64,000 bases of DNA, from positions 8,372,001-8,436,000 of the forward strand of contig CM075993.1 in the NCBI GenBank assembly GCA_038087875.1. Reading direction: 5' to 3'. Position numbers and translations under genes: made by a program. A model generated the notes under the pieces. That model saw only the letters and a list, made by a program, of their open reading frames with translations. It made no database searches and was not told where the DNA came from. Positions 1-10,708 of this stretch are shown piece by piece. Each line of letters starts with the position of its first letter. Position 1 is the first letter of the stretch. Source of the DNA: Malacoraja senta (lineage: Eukaryota).

Positions 1-318
1 CCTGTATTTGTCTGCCTGCCACTTTTACTTTTCACCTTGCTACCTATTGCTTCCGCCCGCATTTTACACCCCTCTGTTTCTTTGCTCACCCATTTAAGAA
101 CCCCACCACCTCTTATTCGCTGTTTATTATTGTTTTCTTCTTTCCCCCCTACATGTTGGGTCTGAGTGCTTTCCTTCTCTGCCTCACACACTGTCTAATA
201 GCTTTCTCTATTTGAGTCCCTCCCCCCAACCATTCTAGTTTAAAGTCTCCCCAGTAGCCTTTGCAGATCTCCCAGCCAGGATATCGGTCCCCCTCAGGTT
301 CAAGTGCAACCCATCCTT
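1..318 (-). mobile_element. CR1-type LINE fragment (end of ORF1 esterase and ORF1-ORF2 spacer)
   Basis: Minus strand reads DGLHLNLRGTDILAGRSAKATGETLN*, typical of the CR1 ORF1 SGNH-esterase C-terminus (DGLH motif). Confidence 0.7.
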
Positions 319-699
319 AATTCACTGGGGTGGAACCCTCTCCAAGACAGACGTGAAGCTCACCACTTGACCTGTTTTTACAAAATGTTAAATGGCCAGC
401 TCGACATAGATTACAAAACCTACACCAAACCCCACCCAATTAGGAGCAGACAACGGCATTCGATCCAATTTGAGATACCAGCTACCAAGACAGATGTGTA
501 CAGCAATTCATTCTTCCCCTGCACAATAAAAGCATGGAATAATCTCCACTCTACCATAGTTACCCAACCAGATGCAACTAAATTTAAGGTAGCTCTTTCT
601 TCCCAAAAACCCTTTCTGGCTTAAGTCCTCCCTCCACCACCTCCAGTTTAAATTCCACTTGGAATATTTTGGAGGACGGAGAAACCAAGAACCAAGAAT
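318..699 (+). mobile_element. 3' end of CR1/L2-group LINE ORF2, with 3' tail
   Basis: ORF 304-624 has LGW..LQDRR..FYKM and SFFPCTIKAWNNL..FK, the conserved LINE ORF2 C-terminus. It is followed by a short (AACCAAG)n tail. Confidence 0.75.
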
Positions 700-753
700 G
701 ATCTCGATCCTAAATGTCACTATCTATGTTCTCCAGGGATGCTGCCTGACCTG

Positions 754-868
754 CTTCTTCTTCTTCTTCTTCTTGCATATGGCGTGCACAGCCTAAAGTT
801 GTACGACAACTTGTTCTATTTGATCGCATTTGATTGTGCACACCGGGTTGATTGCATTTGTCGAAACG
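754..868 (-). repeat. Short retroposon 3' fragment with (AAG)n tail
   Basis: (CTT)n run at 754-774 followed by a unique repeat-like body; family not assigned. Confidence 0.35.
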
Positions 869-924
869 TCCCACCCCACCTGCTGATTCACTCCATCAAT
901 TTGAGTCTTTTTCCAGATTTCCCT

Positions 925-1700
925 TGGTTTGGCTCCGGGTTCACTCCGTGACTGACTCCGTTCCGTGTTTTCCCAGGTCCAAATCTGAGTTAATACACCA
1001 CCCCGGGTTTTACCCGGATCTTGGTTTCGTTCCGTTCCGGGTTCGAGGCGGCTCCGTCGCGGGTTTTTGCGCCGCCCGGCAGTCCGCTCCGCTCCACTCC
1101 GGGTGTTGTGGACGCCGCGCCGGGTTTTGCCCGCCCCCTCGCCAGTGCATCAGTCCTTCGCCTCGGGGACTGCGCGGATCTGGGAGCGGAGACAGCGGAG
1201 CGGGGGGATCGGGCCCGAGAGAGGCCCCGCAGCCTGACCCGAGCCTAGCCTAGCCCAGCCCAGCTGACCCGGCCTGGCCCGGCCCTTCCCTTCCCCCGCC
1301 TGCGGCCTCGGGCCTCGCCGCCGCTGTCGGTGAAGAGAGAGAGTGAGAGTGAGATGGCCGCGACCCCCCGGTGAAGGCGGACAGCCCGCCCGCCAGCCCC
1401 GAGCCCTCAGCCGCGTCGATGAGCCTGGAGCCCGGCTGCCGTCCCCGGGTAAGCCGCCGCTCTCTCGCCCCGGGTCCCGGCTGACGGGAGCAATCCCTTT
1501 GTTCGAGGCCGGGGTTGTTGGGGTGGGTGGGGGGGAGAGATGTCGGGCCCGACCCCCCGGGACCGGGCAGGGGGCTCGATTAGCGGGGCTGCCCGGGCTC
1601 GGCGTGGTGACAGGTGGTTGGGAGAGAGGGAGGGGGAGGGGGGGGGGGTTGGGCCGAGAGGCTCCGAGCCGGATCTCACCAGCCCTGAGCCGGCACATGG
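925..1700 (+). promoter_or_regulatory. ZNF609: CpG island, probable ZNF609 promoter
   Basis: Very GC- and CpG-rich non-repeat stretch with CCGGGTTTT and TTCCG motifs and G-tracts. It lies ~21 kb upstream of a coding exon that starts with a splice acceptor and so needs an upstream exon. Confidence 0.75.
1150..1448 (+). other. ZNF609: Putative non-coding exon 1 of ZNF609 (TSS approximate)
   Basis: Strong donor CGG|GTAAGC at 1448/1449 inside the CpG island. Weaker donors near 1330-1350 are possible; the start is a guess. Confidence 0.4.
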
Positions 1701-2319
1701 TGAGAGTGGGCAGGATGAGGATGCTGGAGGGGTCAGGGTTACCCTCCTCTCCCCAATAAACCTCAGCCACTGCCCCCCTCCCCTGCTTGGCTTTGGCTGG
1801 AAGCATCGACGAGCGAGCAGAGAGGCATTGTTGTGGTGCCCGAGCCCCCAACGCTCTGGCAGCTTCACAAGTAGACCGAGTCCCTTCTGTTAAATTGAGT
1901 CTCATTTATTGTCTGTTTACTTATCCCTCCCTCTTTCCATGTTGTTTGGTGCCTTGGTGCACTTGGCTCAGTTACAGCACCCTCTGAGTCAGATGATTGT
2001 GATTCAAACCTTGCTCCAGAAACCAGTGCAGACCGCCCAGTTTGGATTTTATTAAGAGAGTGGACAGAATGTTGAGGGGTGGAGGTTGGTGTGCTGATGA
2101 ATGTTGGAAGGTGAATCTTTCCCCCGGATCACTGGTTTCTTTTGTAAACCGATCCATTACTTGGTTTAGAATTTTTTTTAGAAATGGGGTTAAGGGTCAA
2201 GTTAAAGATTTTTGGGTGTTAGGAATATTGGGGGATGTGCCTTAGTACTAGATTGTGATGCGTACTGTCAACTGTAGCTTGATAATAGCACCCTGACCAC
2301 TGTATAAACATCAAGTTCT

Positions 2320-2600
2320 ATTTCTGAGACTCCAGCACAGAATCTTGGCTGTTACTCCAGCGCACTGTTACAAAGACGTTGTCTTTCAGATGGGATTTAA
2401 ACCAAGGCTCCACCTGCCTGTTAGGTGGATGTAAAAAAAAATCTCAGCATTATTTTGAAGGCTAGGGGAATTCTACTAACCTCTTGGCATATCATCGTTA
2501 GCGCAACACCCACTAAAGTAGTTGCTGTTGCCACGTCTAAAAGTACTTTATGACTAAGGTGACCTGAGATTTTAAGTGGTGCTATCAAAATGCAAGCTTA
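2320..2600 (+). mobile_element. Old Deu-domain SINE (SacSINE1/AmnSINE1-like)
   Basis: GTCTTTCAGATGGGATTTAAACCAAGGCTCCACCTGCC..GGTGGATGTAAAA resembles the Deu domain; it ends in an L2-like tail, GTGCTATCAAAATGCAAG. Confidence 0.6.
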
Positions 2601-2995
2601 TTTTTAATGCAATATTTCCTGCCATGAGTGTCTCTAAATGCATGTGGGACCGTGTTCAAAATGTTGTTGTACGGGGAGTATAATTGAGAAAAGCATTTGT
2701 TGAAACATTTAAGGATTGGTGTTAGGAGTGCCAGGGTAGTCTTGTTGATGGTAGATTGGATCTGCATGGATTTGCCTTGCATTGTGGATGTCATGCAGGA
2801 CCTGAATGATCCCATAAATCTGCCCACTGGGCAGCTGTGACATGAGGCAGCCTCAGCACTTGCCACTTGCCACAGTGTTTTTTAAAAATCTGGATTAAAT
2901 TAAGAGCTTGTCCTGTTGGCACCAGTTATCGTGTTGTCACTGATCTGGTAGTGTTCCATTGATGATCAAAGATGAGGAATCTTTGCTTATTGCAT

Positions 2996-3265
2996 GTGTA
3001 AGAGGAAACTGCAGATGCTGGTTTACACCGAAGATAGATACAAAATGCTGGAGTAAGTCATCGGGACAGGCAGCATCTCCCAAGAGAAGGAATGGGTGAT
3101 GTTTCGGGTCAAGACCCTCTCGTCTGAAGAAGGGTCTTGACCCAAAACGTCACCCAAGTCTGACGAGTTTGAAGAAGGGTCTCGACCTGAAACGTCACCC
3201 ACTCCTTCTCTCTGGAGATTCTGCCTGTCCCACTGAGTTACTGTAGCATTTTGTGTCTATCTTCG
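2996..3265. repeat. Penelope pLTR-derived fold-back element with two tandem degenerate hammerhead cores
   Basis: Inverted copies of the GATGCTGG..AATGCTGGAGTAA..CAGCATCTC unit; CTGAAGAAGGGTC..GACCC.AAACGTC cores at ~3124-3151 and ~3169-3196. Confidence 0.75.
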
Positions 3266-3714
3266 ATTACTTATTGAAGTTTGTTAACAAATGCACATAT
3301 TATGCTCTATTTTAGTGTTTGGATAATCAACATGGAAAATGGGAGTTTCAGTTGTCCGTTGCTACGTTTTCATGCAGTCAGTGTGTTTTGTTATGTTTAC
3401 TGGTGGTGATTTGTCACTTGGTGAGCTTGGTTTGATTGTCAAGGTCATTGATTCACCATTGTTGGTCTCATCATAGGTCAGATGCATGGCTGATACCACT
3501 GAAAACATTTCCAGCAACTGACGACTGGGACTGCCTGTGTGACTTTGTTAGCATGGTGCAGGCTGGATTACAAAGAATAGTTGTCAAATATATATCAGGC
3601 AAGCAGTGAGCTGCTCTGGGAGACCATGTGCCTGGTATTTGCAGTGATTTCTTCTGAAGCCAAATATCCAGTGATGGATCATGGACACAAGCTCTCTACG
3701 ATGGCAAAAAAGCA

Positions 3715-4316
3715 ACAGTACATAGAACAGTACGGCACAAGAACAGGCCCTTCGGCCCACATTGTCTGTGCCGAACATGATACCAAGACCATCACTTGTC
3801 TACCTGACCATGAACCATATCCCTTAATTCCCTGCATATCCAAATGCTTTTCCAAAAGTCTTTCAAATGGCAAATGTATTTGCTTCAACTACCAACCCTG
3901 GCAGCACGTTCCAGGCACTCACCACCCTCTGTGCAAAGGAAACTTTCCCTGCATATCTCCTTTAAACTTTTCCCCTCTTACCTTAAAGCTATGTACTCTA
4001 GTATTTGATTTTTCCACTCAGGAAAAGAATTCTACCGTATTTTGACCATCTGATGATTCTGACCATCTGCCCTATTTATGCCCCTCATAATGTTACTATC
4101 AGGTCTCCCCGCAACCTCTGGTATTCCAGAGAAAACAATTCAAGTCTGTCCAAGCTCTCCTTGTAGCTGGTACTACTTAGTCCAGCAATCATTCTGGTAA
4201 ACCCCCGCAGCACCCTTTCTAAAGCCTCCACATTCTTCATGTAATGGGGCGATCAGAACTGTACACAATATTCCAATTGCGACCTAACCAAAGTCCTATT
4301 AAGCTGCGTCATGACT
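3715..4316 (-). mobile_element. CR1/HER1-like LINE 3' fragment
   Basis: CATAGAACAGTAC..GGCCCTTCGGCCC tail and antisense ORF2 C-terminal sequence (LEYCVQF, RGHSFK-type motifs). Confidence 0.7.
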
Positions 4317-4990
4317 TCAGAAGAGAGTCAATACCCACAAACTAAAGCGAGTGGGACTATCTTAGATGGGGCAACTTGGTTGGCATGGACCTGTTGGGCT
4401 AAAGGGCCATGACAGTATGATGCAGCGCAAAGCAAGGACAATTTAAAAAAAGGAACAACATGTTTAGTGACGTTTTTAATAGATTAAATGGAAATCAAGT
4501 TAATCAATTAAAATATATATCACTCCACATTGTGTTCCTTTTGCTGAATTACTCAAATCAAAAATTCAAATAAAGGATGTGTTACTGATATCTTGCAACC
4601 AGCTGCCAGAATGTGAAAATCACACTTGGGCTCATAAAAGCTGAGTGGTGAATGTTGAGAAAGCAATAAAAAATAATTGCAGGTAAGCATGCACCTGCTT
4701 TGTAAAAATCCTTGTGATCAATAGCCAGGAAATAGTACTAATTGTACCTGTGGGGTCAACAACTTTGCTCTCCACTTGTGCTAAACCCACAGTCTAGTAA
4801 ATCAAACAAATCAGTGCATTTGATGTCCTGCCCTGTGTAGCATTGCTTAGTGCTGTGATCACTCTGGTTCTACTTGCTCAGTACATCAAATACATATAAC
4901 ATGATATTCTTGCTCTGCCTGTCCTTGTAATCTGCTCCAGCATCTCACTTTTGACTGGGCTTCTCTGTGTCTCAACATCTGATTCACTTT

Positions 4991-5192
4991 GCGTAGGAAA
5001 GAACTGCAAAGGCTGGTTTACACCGAAGATAGACATAAAAAGCTGGAGTAACTCAGCGGGTCAGGCCACATCTCTGGAGAGAAGGAATGGGTGCCGCTTC
5101 AAGTCGAGACCCTTCTTCAGAACGTCACCCATTCCTTCTCTCCAGAGATACTGCCTGTCTCGCTGAGTTATTCCAGCATTTTGTGTTTATCT
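4991..5192. repeat. Penelope pLTR-derived fold-back element with 13-bp TSD
   Basis: Inverted pair flanked by TCTGATTCACTTT at 4978-4990 and 5193-5205. Confidence 0.75.
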
Positions 5193-5620
5193 TCTGATTC
5201 ACTTTATCTGGCAAAGCCTTCAGCTAATCTGGCTGCACTGCAAACTGATTAGGTTAACAATGGTCGAGGGAAACTTTGACACTAATCCTGGGCAAAGATG
5301 TCATTTGGAAAAAATCAGGGTGGTAAATCTCTGTTATCATTTAATAAAAGCAAGGCTGCTTTACTAGATTGCATTCTTTGCTGAAGTAAGAAGAGAGTTG
5401 ATGTGTATTTGGGGTTTTCAAAAGGAATTTGATGGAGTGCCACCGTGTGATAGACCTGTTAACAAAACTGAAGACCACGACGGGGAAGTTGAAGCTGGGT
5501 TAAAAGAGTAGAGTGGTGGGAAGCAGTTGGTTTTCAGTTTGGAAGTGGAGAATGATCTCACTCAAGAATTGGTGTTGAAACAGGAATGTGGAAATTGTCA
5601 GCAGATCAGGTCTGGTTACA

Positions 5621-6110
5621 GGGCGGCCCGGTGACGCAGCGGTAGAGTTTCTACCTGAATACGCAAGTGACCCGTGTTCGATCCTGACTACAGATGCTGT
5701 CTGTATGGAGTTTGTTTGAACATGTGGCTTTTTCCCGGGGCTCCAGTTTCCTCCCACACTCCAAAGATGTACAGGTTTGTAGGTTTAAGAAGGGACTGCA
5801 GATGCTGGACAATCGAAGGTAGACAAAAATGCTGGAGAAACTCAGCGGGTGAGGCAGCATCTATGGAGCGAAGGAAATAGGCGACATTTCGGGTCGAGAC
5901 CCTTCGCTCCATAGATGCTGCCTCACCCGCTGAGTTTCTCCAGCATTTTTGTCTACCCCAGGTTTGTAGGTTAATTTGCCTTTGGTAAAAATTGTAAATT
6001 GTCTCCAATGTGTATGATAGTGCTAGTGGACAGGGTAATCGCTAGTCGATGCGGGATTGGTGGGCCGAAATGGCTTGTTTCTGCGCTGTATCTCTAAACT
6101 AAACTAAACT
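5621..6110 (+). mobile_element. tRNA-derived HE1/V-SINE, interrupted by a pLTR fold-back insertion (5786-5958)
   Basis: A/B-box-like head (GGTGACGCAGCGG..GTTCGATCC), V-domain core CCAGTTTCCTCCCACACTCCAAAGA, (CTAAA)n tail. The insertion has TSD CAGGTTTGTAGGTT. Confidence 0.8.
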
Positions 6111-6529
6111 TCACAAAGCTGGACATCAGACCTTGATGCTGAGGGAGAGTCAACAATTTGAAATATTGACTGTGTTTCTGCCTGCCCAGATGCTTCCTTA
6201 CCCTTTGGGTATTCCTAGTGTTTTGATATTCGTATAGGTTTTCAATGGCAGCATTTTCTTTTAGATTTGTGATCGTCTGACATTCAGAATACAAATACAC
6301 AGAGGAGAGTAATAAACTCCAGGAGCTTGTAGATTGTCTAACTGGATAAACATGTGGCAGTTAATATTGAATGCGGAGAATTCTAATATCTGCATTCTTC
6401 CCATCTTGGTCTCTGCTGCTCAGACTCACGCTGCTGTCTTCATTGCTGAGGGATATTTTGATGGAATAGACTCGTGCATGGAGTTCTGATCTTATTTTAA
6501 ATGGTGTGAAGGTGAGAAATAAATATGTT

Positions 6530-6700
6530 TGGTTTAGTTAGTTCAGTTTATTGTCACATGTACCGAGGTACAGTGAAAAGCTTTTGTTGTGTGCTAACCT
6601 GTCAGCAGAAAGACAATCCATGATTACAGTCGAGTCATCCACAGTGTACAGATACATGATCAAGGGAATAATGGTAAGTGTAAGGTAAAGTCTGATCTCT
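6530..6700 (-). repeat. LINE 3'-tail fragment (Rex1/Babar-like); related copies at ~24400-24450, 30555-30803, 35130-35510, 38370-38640
   Basis: Recurrent TTTATTGTCACATGTACCGAGGTACAGTGAAAAGC motif with short tandem tails. Confidence 0.5.
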
Positions 6701-7259
6701 GGGAGGTCTGTAAGCCGCAGGTCTTCACGGCCGCAGTGGGCCTCGCTGGTTGCTCCTCCAGCACCAAGAGTTGTTGCGGTAAAACCCCTGTCTCACGGTG
6801 CGAGCTGACCCACGAGGTACCCCGAGCTTAAAACAAATTTAACTCGTGGTAATCACTCACGATTAACGTAGTGGGAACGTCGGAACTCGTGGACGCAACT
6901 TAGCGACTCGTGGCGCTAATGGCAGGTACCCGTGACACTTGTTAACTCTTGAAAAAGTTCAAACATGTTTAAAGTTTTCCACGAGTAAAATTTCCTCTTG
7001 AGGTTAAAAATGGAAACATTTAAACTCGTTGTAAGAACGTGGTGGCCCTTGAGTTAAACTTAGTGACTCTTGAGTCTACCGTGTTGGATTAACGTTTCGA
7101 GTGCGATCTTTCATCAGAGCCCCGTTTAATTAATAAATCCAGCCACGGTATTTTGACATCAGTTAGAATTTCTTCCGGAATATGATCTATTTTGCTTTAA
7201 TTCATAAAATGAGTGAGGAAGAGTCACTGGAGTTTGAAGAAGCGGTGAGAAACCACAGC

Positions 7260-9235
7260 CAGTCCGCCACGGAGAACATGCCAGATTATAAACCAGACCA
7301 AGCCACCACTCCAGAACCCAGTACTCAGCCACCAACGGCAGCGGTGGCACCCAGGAGAAGAACCAGTGGCGGCAGGAGGTCCCGACGTTGAAGCAGCCCA
7401 GAAAAGTTGATCCCAAGCATTGGGCTGAGTATCTGGAAAGAGCCAGGAAGAACGCCGCAGCCAAGCCAACAACAACAATGCGAGGAATCACAGATAAACC
7501 TCAGGGGGGTTCCCAGGCATCTGGAGGGAAGGGAAGCGTCGGGAGACGACCAGGATAGCCCAGTGGACGAGGAATTCATCGCGGTGACCACCAGGCGGCC
7601 ACGAGAGGTTCCAATCACATTGGTATCTCCTCGCATAAGGCCAAAGGATCCCCATGCGAATGGAGCGCCAGTGGTGGCACAGTCTCCAATGCTGGTACAG
7701 ACCACACCACCTAACGAAAGGGAGACAACGTTTCCAATGAGCCAGGTGTCCACATACCCCAGTCTGCATCCTGTGCCTACAGATTCCATTGATAAAAGGA
7801 GACCAGGAGGTGTCAAAGCCCCAACTGTAACTCCCCAACAACCCAATGCTGAAGGGCAAATGACGTTCTCCGATGATATTTTGGGTCTTCATGTTACCCA
7901 TGCACCTACCCCAGCCACAATGCGGATGCCCACGCCAGAGGCAGATATAATCCCACCAGGAGAACATACAACACAAGTGGAGGTCTCTAAAGGCGGGAGC
8001 GTGACCATCAGTGGCGGCCACCATCACCCTATGACCACCAAAGACCATGGTCATCCAGTCCCGCTTGAGCCCAGGCAGAAAGCCACCGACTCTCCACCCC
8101 CCTTGCTATCCACCACTGTCAGCCAGCGGAGCCACACTGTCACCGACGCCTCAGTTTCCAAACCAAGGCTTTGGGACGAAGACGGAAACAGCCATACAGG
8201 CGTCGATACGGCCGGCCAGGTGTTAACAAACACTGGTATAGCATTGTGAGACCGGTTCGGCGGAGACATGGCGGGTCGGCACTGACACAGTCACATCGCA
8301 ACTCCGCTATCACCGAGGTCCCACTGCGACTCCCGTTCCCACTGTCCCTTCCCACACAGACTGAGATAGCACCGATGGAGAACGCCGGAGTTCCCCCTCA
8401 GCCACAGATCCAGTTTGGCAGAGGTCACTTGGAGGAAGACGATCGGGCAATCAGTCCCGATAGGAACACACAAGCCCCCACTTGGAAAACCACGACACGA
8501 CCCCCGGCGACCAGTCCAGGCACCAGCCCGAACCCTACCTTACTAGCTATCAAGAGACCTACAGAAAGTCCACCCCAAATTATCTACTCAACATATACTC
8601 CAACCACTATCCAGCCTACCAGCCAGCCCCACAAGACTGTTCGTGGAAAGATCCCTTGGGATAGGCTTTTCGGGTTCAATAGTCAAAGGGATGTACTCCG
8701 GAGGCTTCGGAAACCCATGAAGGGTACTGGGCCTAAAATTGTTACTCAAAGGACGTTCGTTCTGACCAAGCCGACTCTCCAAGATGTGGTGACCTCGGTG
8801 CCAATGGTAGAACCCACGGTATTCCCTCTCACCACCCCACGTACCCAAGACACCACCACCAGACAAACCACGCGGATTCCCATTACCTCTGCCGGCGAGA
8901 TTACAAGGACCATCCTCCCATCTACTGTTGAAACGGCGGCGGTCACTACAGAGACCACCCCTATCACAGTCACCACTACCCGGGCAACCTTCACCACCAG
9001 ACAACGGGCGTTCTTCCGGTGCAGGAGACCGGGAAAGCCCTTCGGTAGAACCAAAAGCCGAGCGTTCTTTTCGAGGCCCACCTCCGGACGGAATCGCTCG
9101 GTGGCGTTGGCGGCTGAGAACAGGAAGACAATACTAGACATGACGAAAACTTGATTGGCCGTGACTCCGACTGTCCCAGTAACCACCAAAGCGCCTCTTC
9201 CTGTTGCAGTAGAGACCAGCACTTGGAACATTGGT
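7260..9235 (+). pseudogene. IGSF10: Frameshifted fragment of the IGSF10 central Ser/Thr/Pro-rich region
   Basis: Collinear motifs match recalled IGSF10: VDPKHWAEYLERARKN (7406-7453; cf. IDPQHWAALLEKAKKN), EASGDD..DEEF (cf. DSSG..HEEF), KHWYSIVR (8228; cf. RHRYSIFR), KIPWDRLF (8648; cf. KIPWQQNF). About 3 frame changes; no LRR or Ig domains. Confidence 0.75.
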
Positions 9236-9639
9236 GCGCACTGGAGACGTTACCCTTACTCCAGCTTAAATTTATTACGTCATTATTAACGGCCAGTATT
9301 TGAAAGGTTATCCTTTAAATGAAATAGTTATTGCCATTCCTAAAGGCTTTTGCGAAAACTTAAACCGTGGTTTATTATTAAGATACTTGAGAATGTTGTT
9401 TCATTAACAAATGCTCCTGCAGTTACTGAGATCAATTTAAAAACACAACAGTGCCTTCAGTGGATTTATTTCTAAAAAAAAACATTTATTCATAAAAAGA
9501 TGTACAGGATATGCAATACACCAATGCCATGTGTAATTTCAAAAATAATCTTTCTCCTGAATAAAAATATGTATAAAACAAAAAACGTGCAAAATCTTTT
9601 CATAGATTCTCAGTGGTTAATGCCTTCGGTATTTTTCTA

Positions 9640-9862
9640 AAATAAACTTTACTCAGAATAAGAAATGTGCACAAAACAAAAACAGTGCAATGCATTATCA
9701 GTGTCTATACATTCAATAGTGTCATACTTAGGACTGTTTCCATCTATATTTAAACTAAACTCTCTTGTCGCTATGTGCCCCTTGGGGTGATATCCCTACC
9801 CTTGTCTGACGGGTGTCCCCATTTCAATATCCTGCAGCGGAAGGGCCATAGACTGTGGTCCA
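9640..9862 (-). mobile_element. Probable L1/Tx1-type LINE 3' fragment inside the TIR element
   Basis: CCTGCAGCGGAAGGGCCATAGACTGTGG resembles recalled chondrichthyan Tx1-like 3' ends; AT-rich antisense tail. Confidence 0.35.
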
Positions 9863-10226
9863 AATGAACTGCACGTAAATGCAATGCAGATACAAATATT
9901 CTGTGTCTGTCTGCCATTTCCGTCTTTAAGGCTTCCATGTCACAATTGCCAGTTCAATGAGTAATTCGGCTTAATTCAGATTTTATATGCGGATGCGAAT
10001 AGTTTAATTATAAAGTTTAAATTCTATTAAATATGTTACAGGGAAAAACGTCCAGCAATGAAAAGACATCCCTGTATTTAAATAGCGCCCATCACAAACT
10101 CAGGAGGTTCCAACGTCTATTACAGTAAAGGAAGTACAGTGAACGTACTTGGATAAACATAATGTTGAGCATGAATATTGTTTTGTTTAAAAACGGTGGT
10201 AACAAGGCTTGTAAATATGCAAAGGC

Positions 10227-10316
10227 AGACAAAAAATGCTGGAGAAACTCAGCGGGTGAGGCAGCACCTACGGAGAGAAGAGATATGCGACGTTTCGGGT
10301 CGAAACCCTTCTTCAG
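10227..10316 (-). repeat. Penelope pLTR fragment with intact minimal hammerhead core
   Basis: Minus strand 10316-10289 = CTGAAGA A GGGT TTCG ACCC GAAA CG TC. Confidence 0.75.
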
Positions 10317-10708
10317 TAACACTGTTCCTTATTAAAACAGACCTTCATTCACGTTTGGCTCAAGAGTAACTCAGGAGAGGAATTTGGTAACTCGGGAGAC
10401 GAACTTGGAACATCGCAGAAATGACAAGTTAACGGCAAACCTAGTCATACCCGTGGGAACTCGGTTAAACGCTTGATCATACACTTGGAATCTCGTACAC
10501 AACCACGAGTCTTTCACTTGAGGTACCTCGTGGGTCAACTCGCACCGTGAGACAGGGCTTTTAGTTTTCTGGTACCAGGAGTTGGAAAATTGATTGATTT
10601 TTACTTTAGATTAGTTTAGAGATACAGCGTGGAAACAGGCCATCCGGCCCACCGACCAGCGATCCTCGCACACTAACACTATCCTACTCAGACTGGGGAC
10701 AACATTCA

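Larger units (their letters stand above)
6782..10561. mobile_element. Non-autonomous TIR DNA transposon (PIF/Harbinger-like, tentative) carrying a captured gene fragment
   Basis: ~40 bp TIR with 2 mismatches: left AAACCCCTGTCTCACGGTGCGAGCTGACCCACGAGGTACC, right GGTACCTCGTGGGTCAACTCGCACCGTGAGACAGGGCTTT. Flanks are TA (TAA/TTA), with repeated subterminal CTCGTGG/CCACGAG motifs. No transposase seen. Confidence 0.8.

Noticed and set aside
852..1905. Several overlapping Pro/Gly/Arg-rich ORFs up to 251 aa
   Set aside because: Expected stop-codon depletion in a CpG island; no recognisable domains.
5621..5700. tRNA genes at the SINE heads
   Set aside because: Degenerate heads followed by a V-domain core and LINE tail; these are SINEs, not tRNAs.
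7407..9154. Two ORFs (280 and 327 aa) as an intact mucin-like or viral glycoprotein gene
   Set aside because: Non-ATG starts, frameshifts, no signal peptide or flanking exons; the motifs fit a captured IGSF10 fragment.
10092..10170. Minus-strand MLNIMFIQVRSLYFLYCNRRW as a remnant Harbinger transposase N-terminus
   Set aside because: Too short and without catalytic motifs to support a call.
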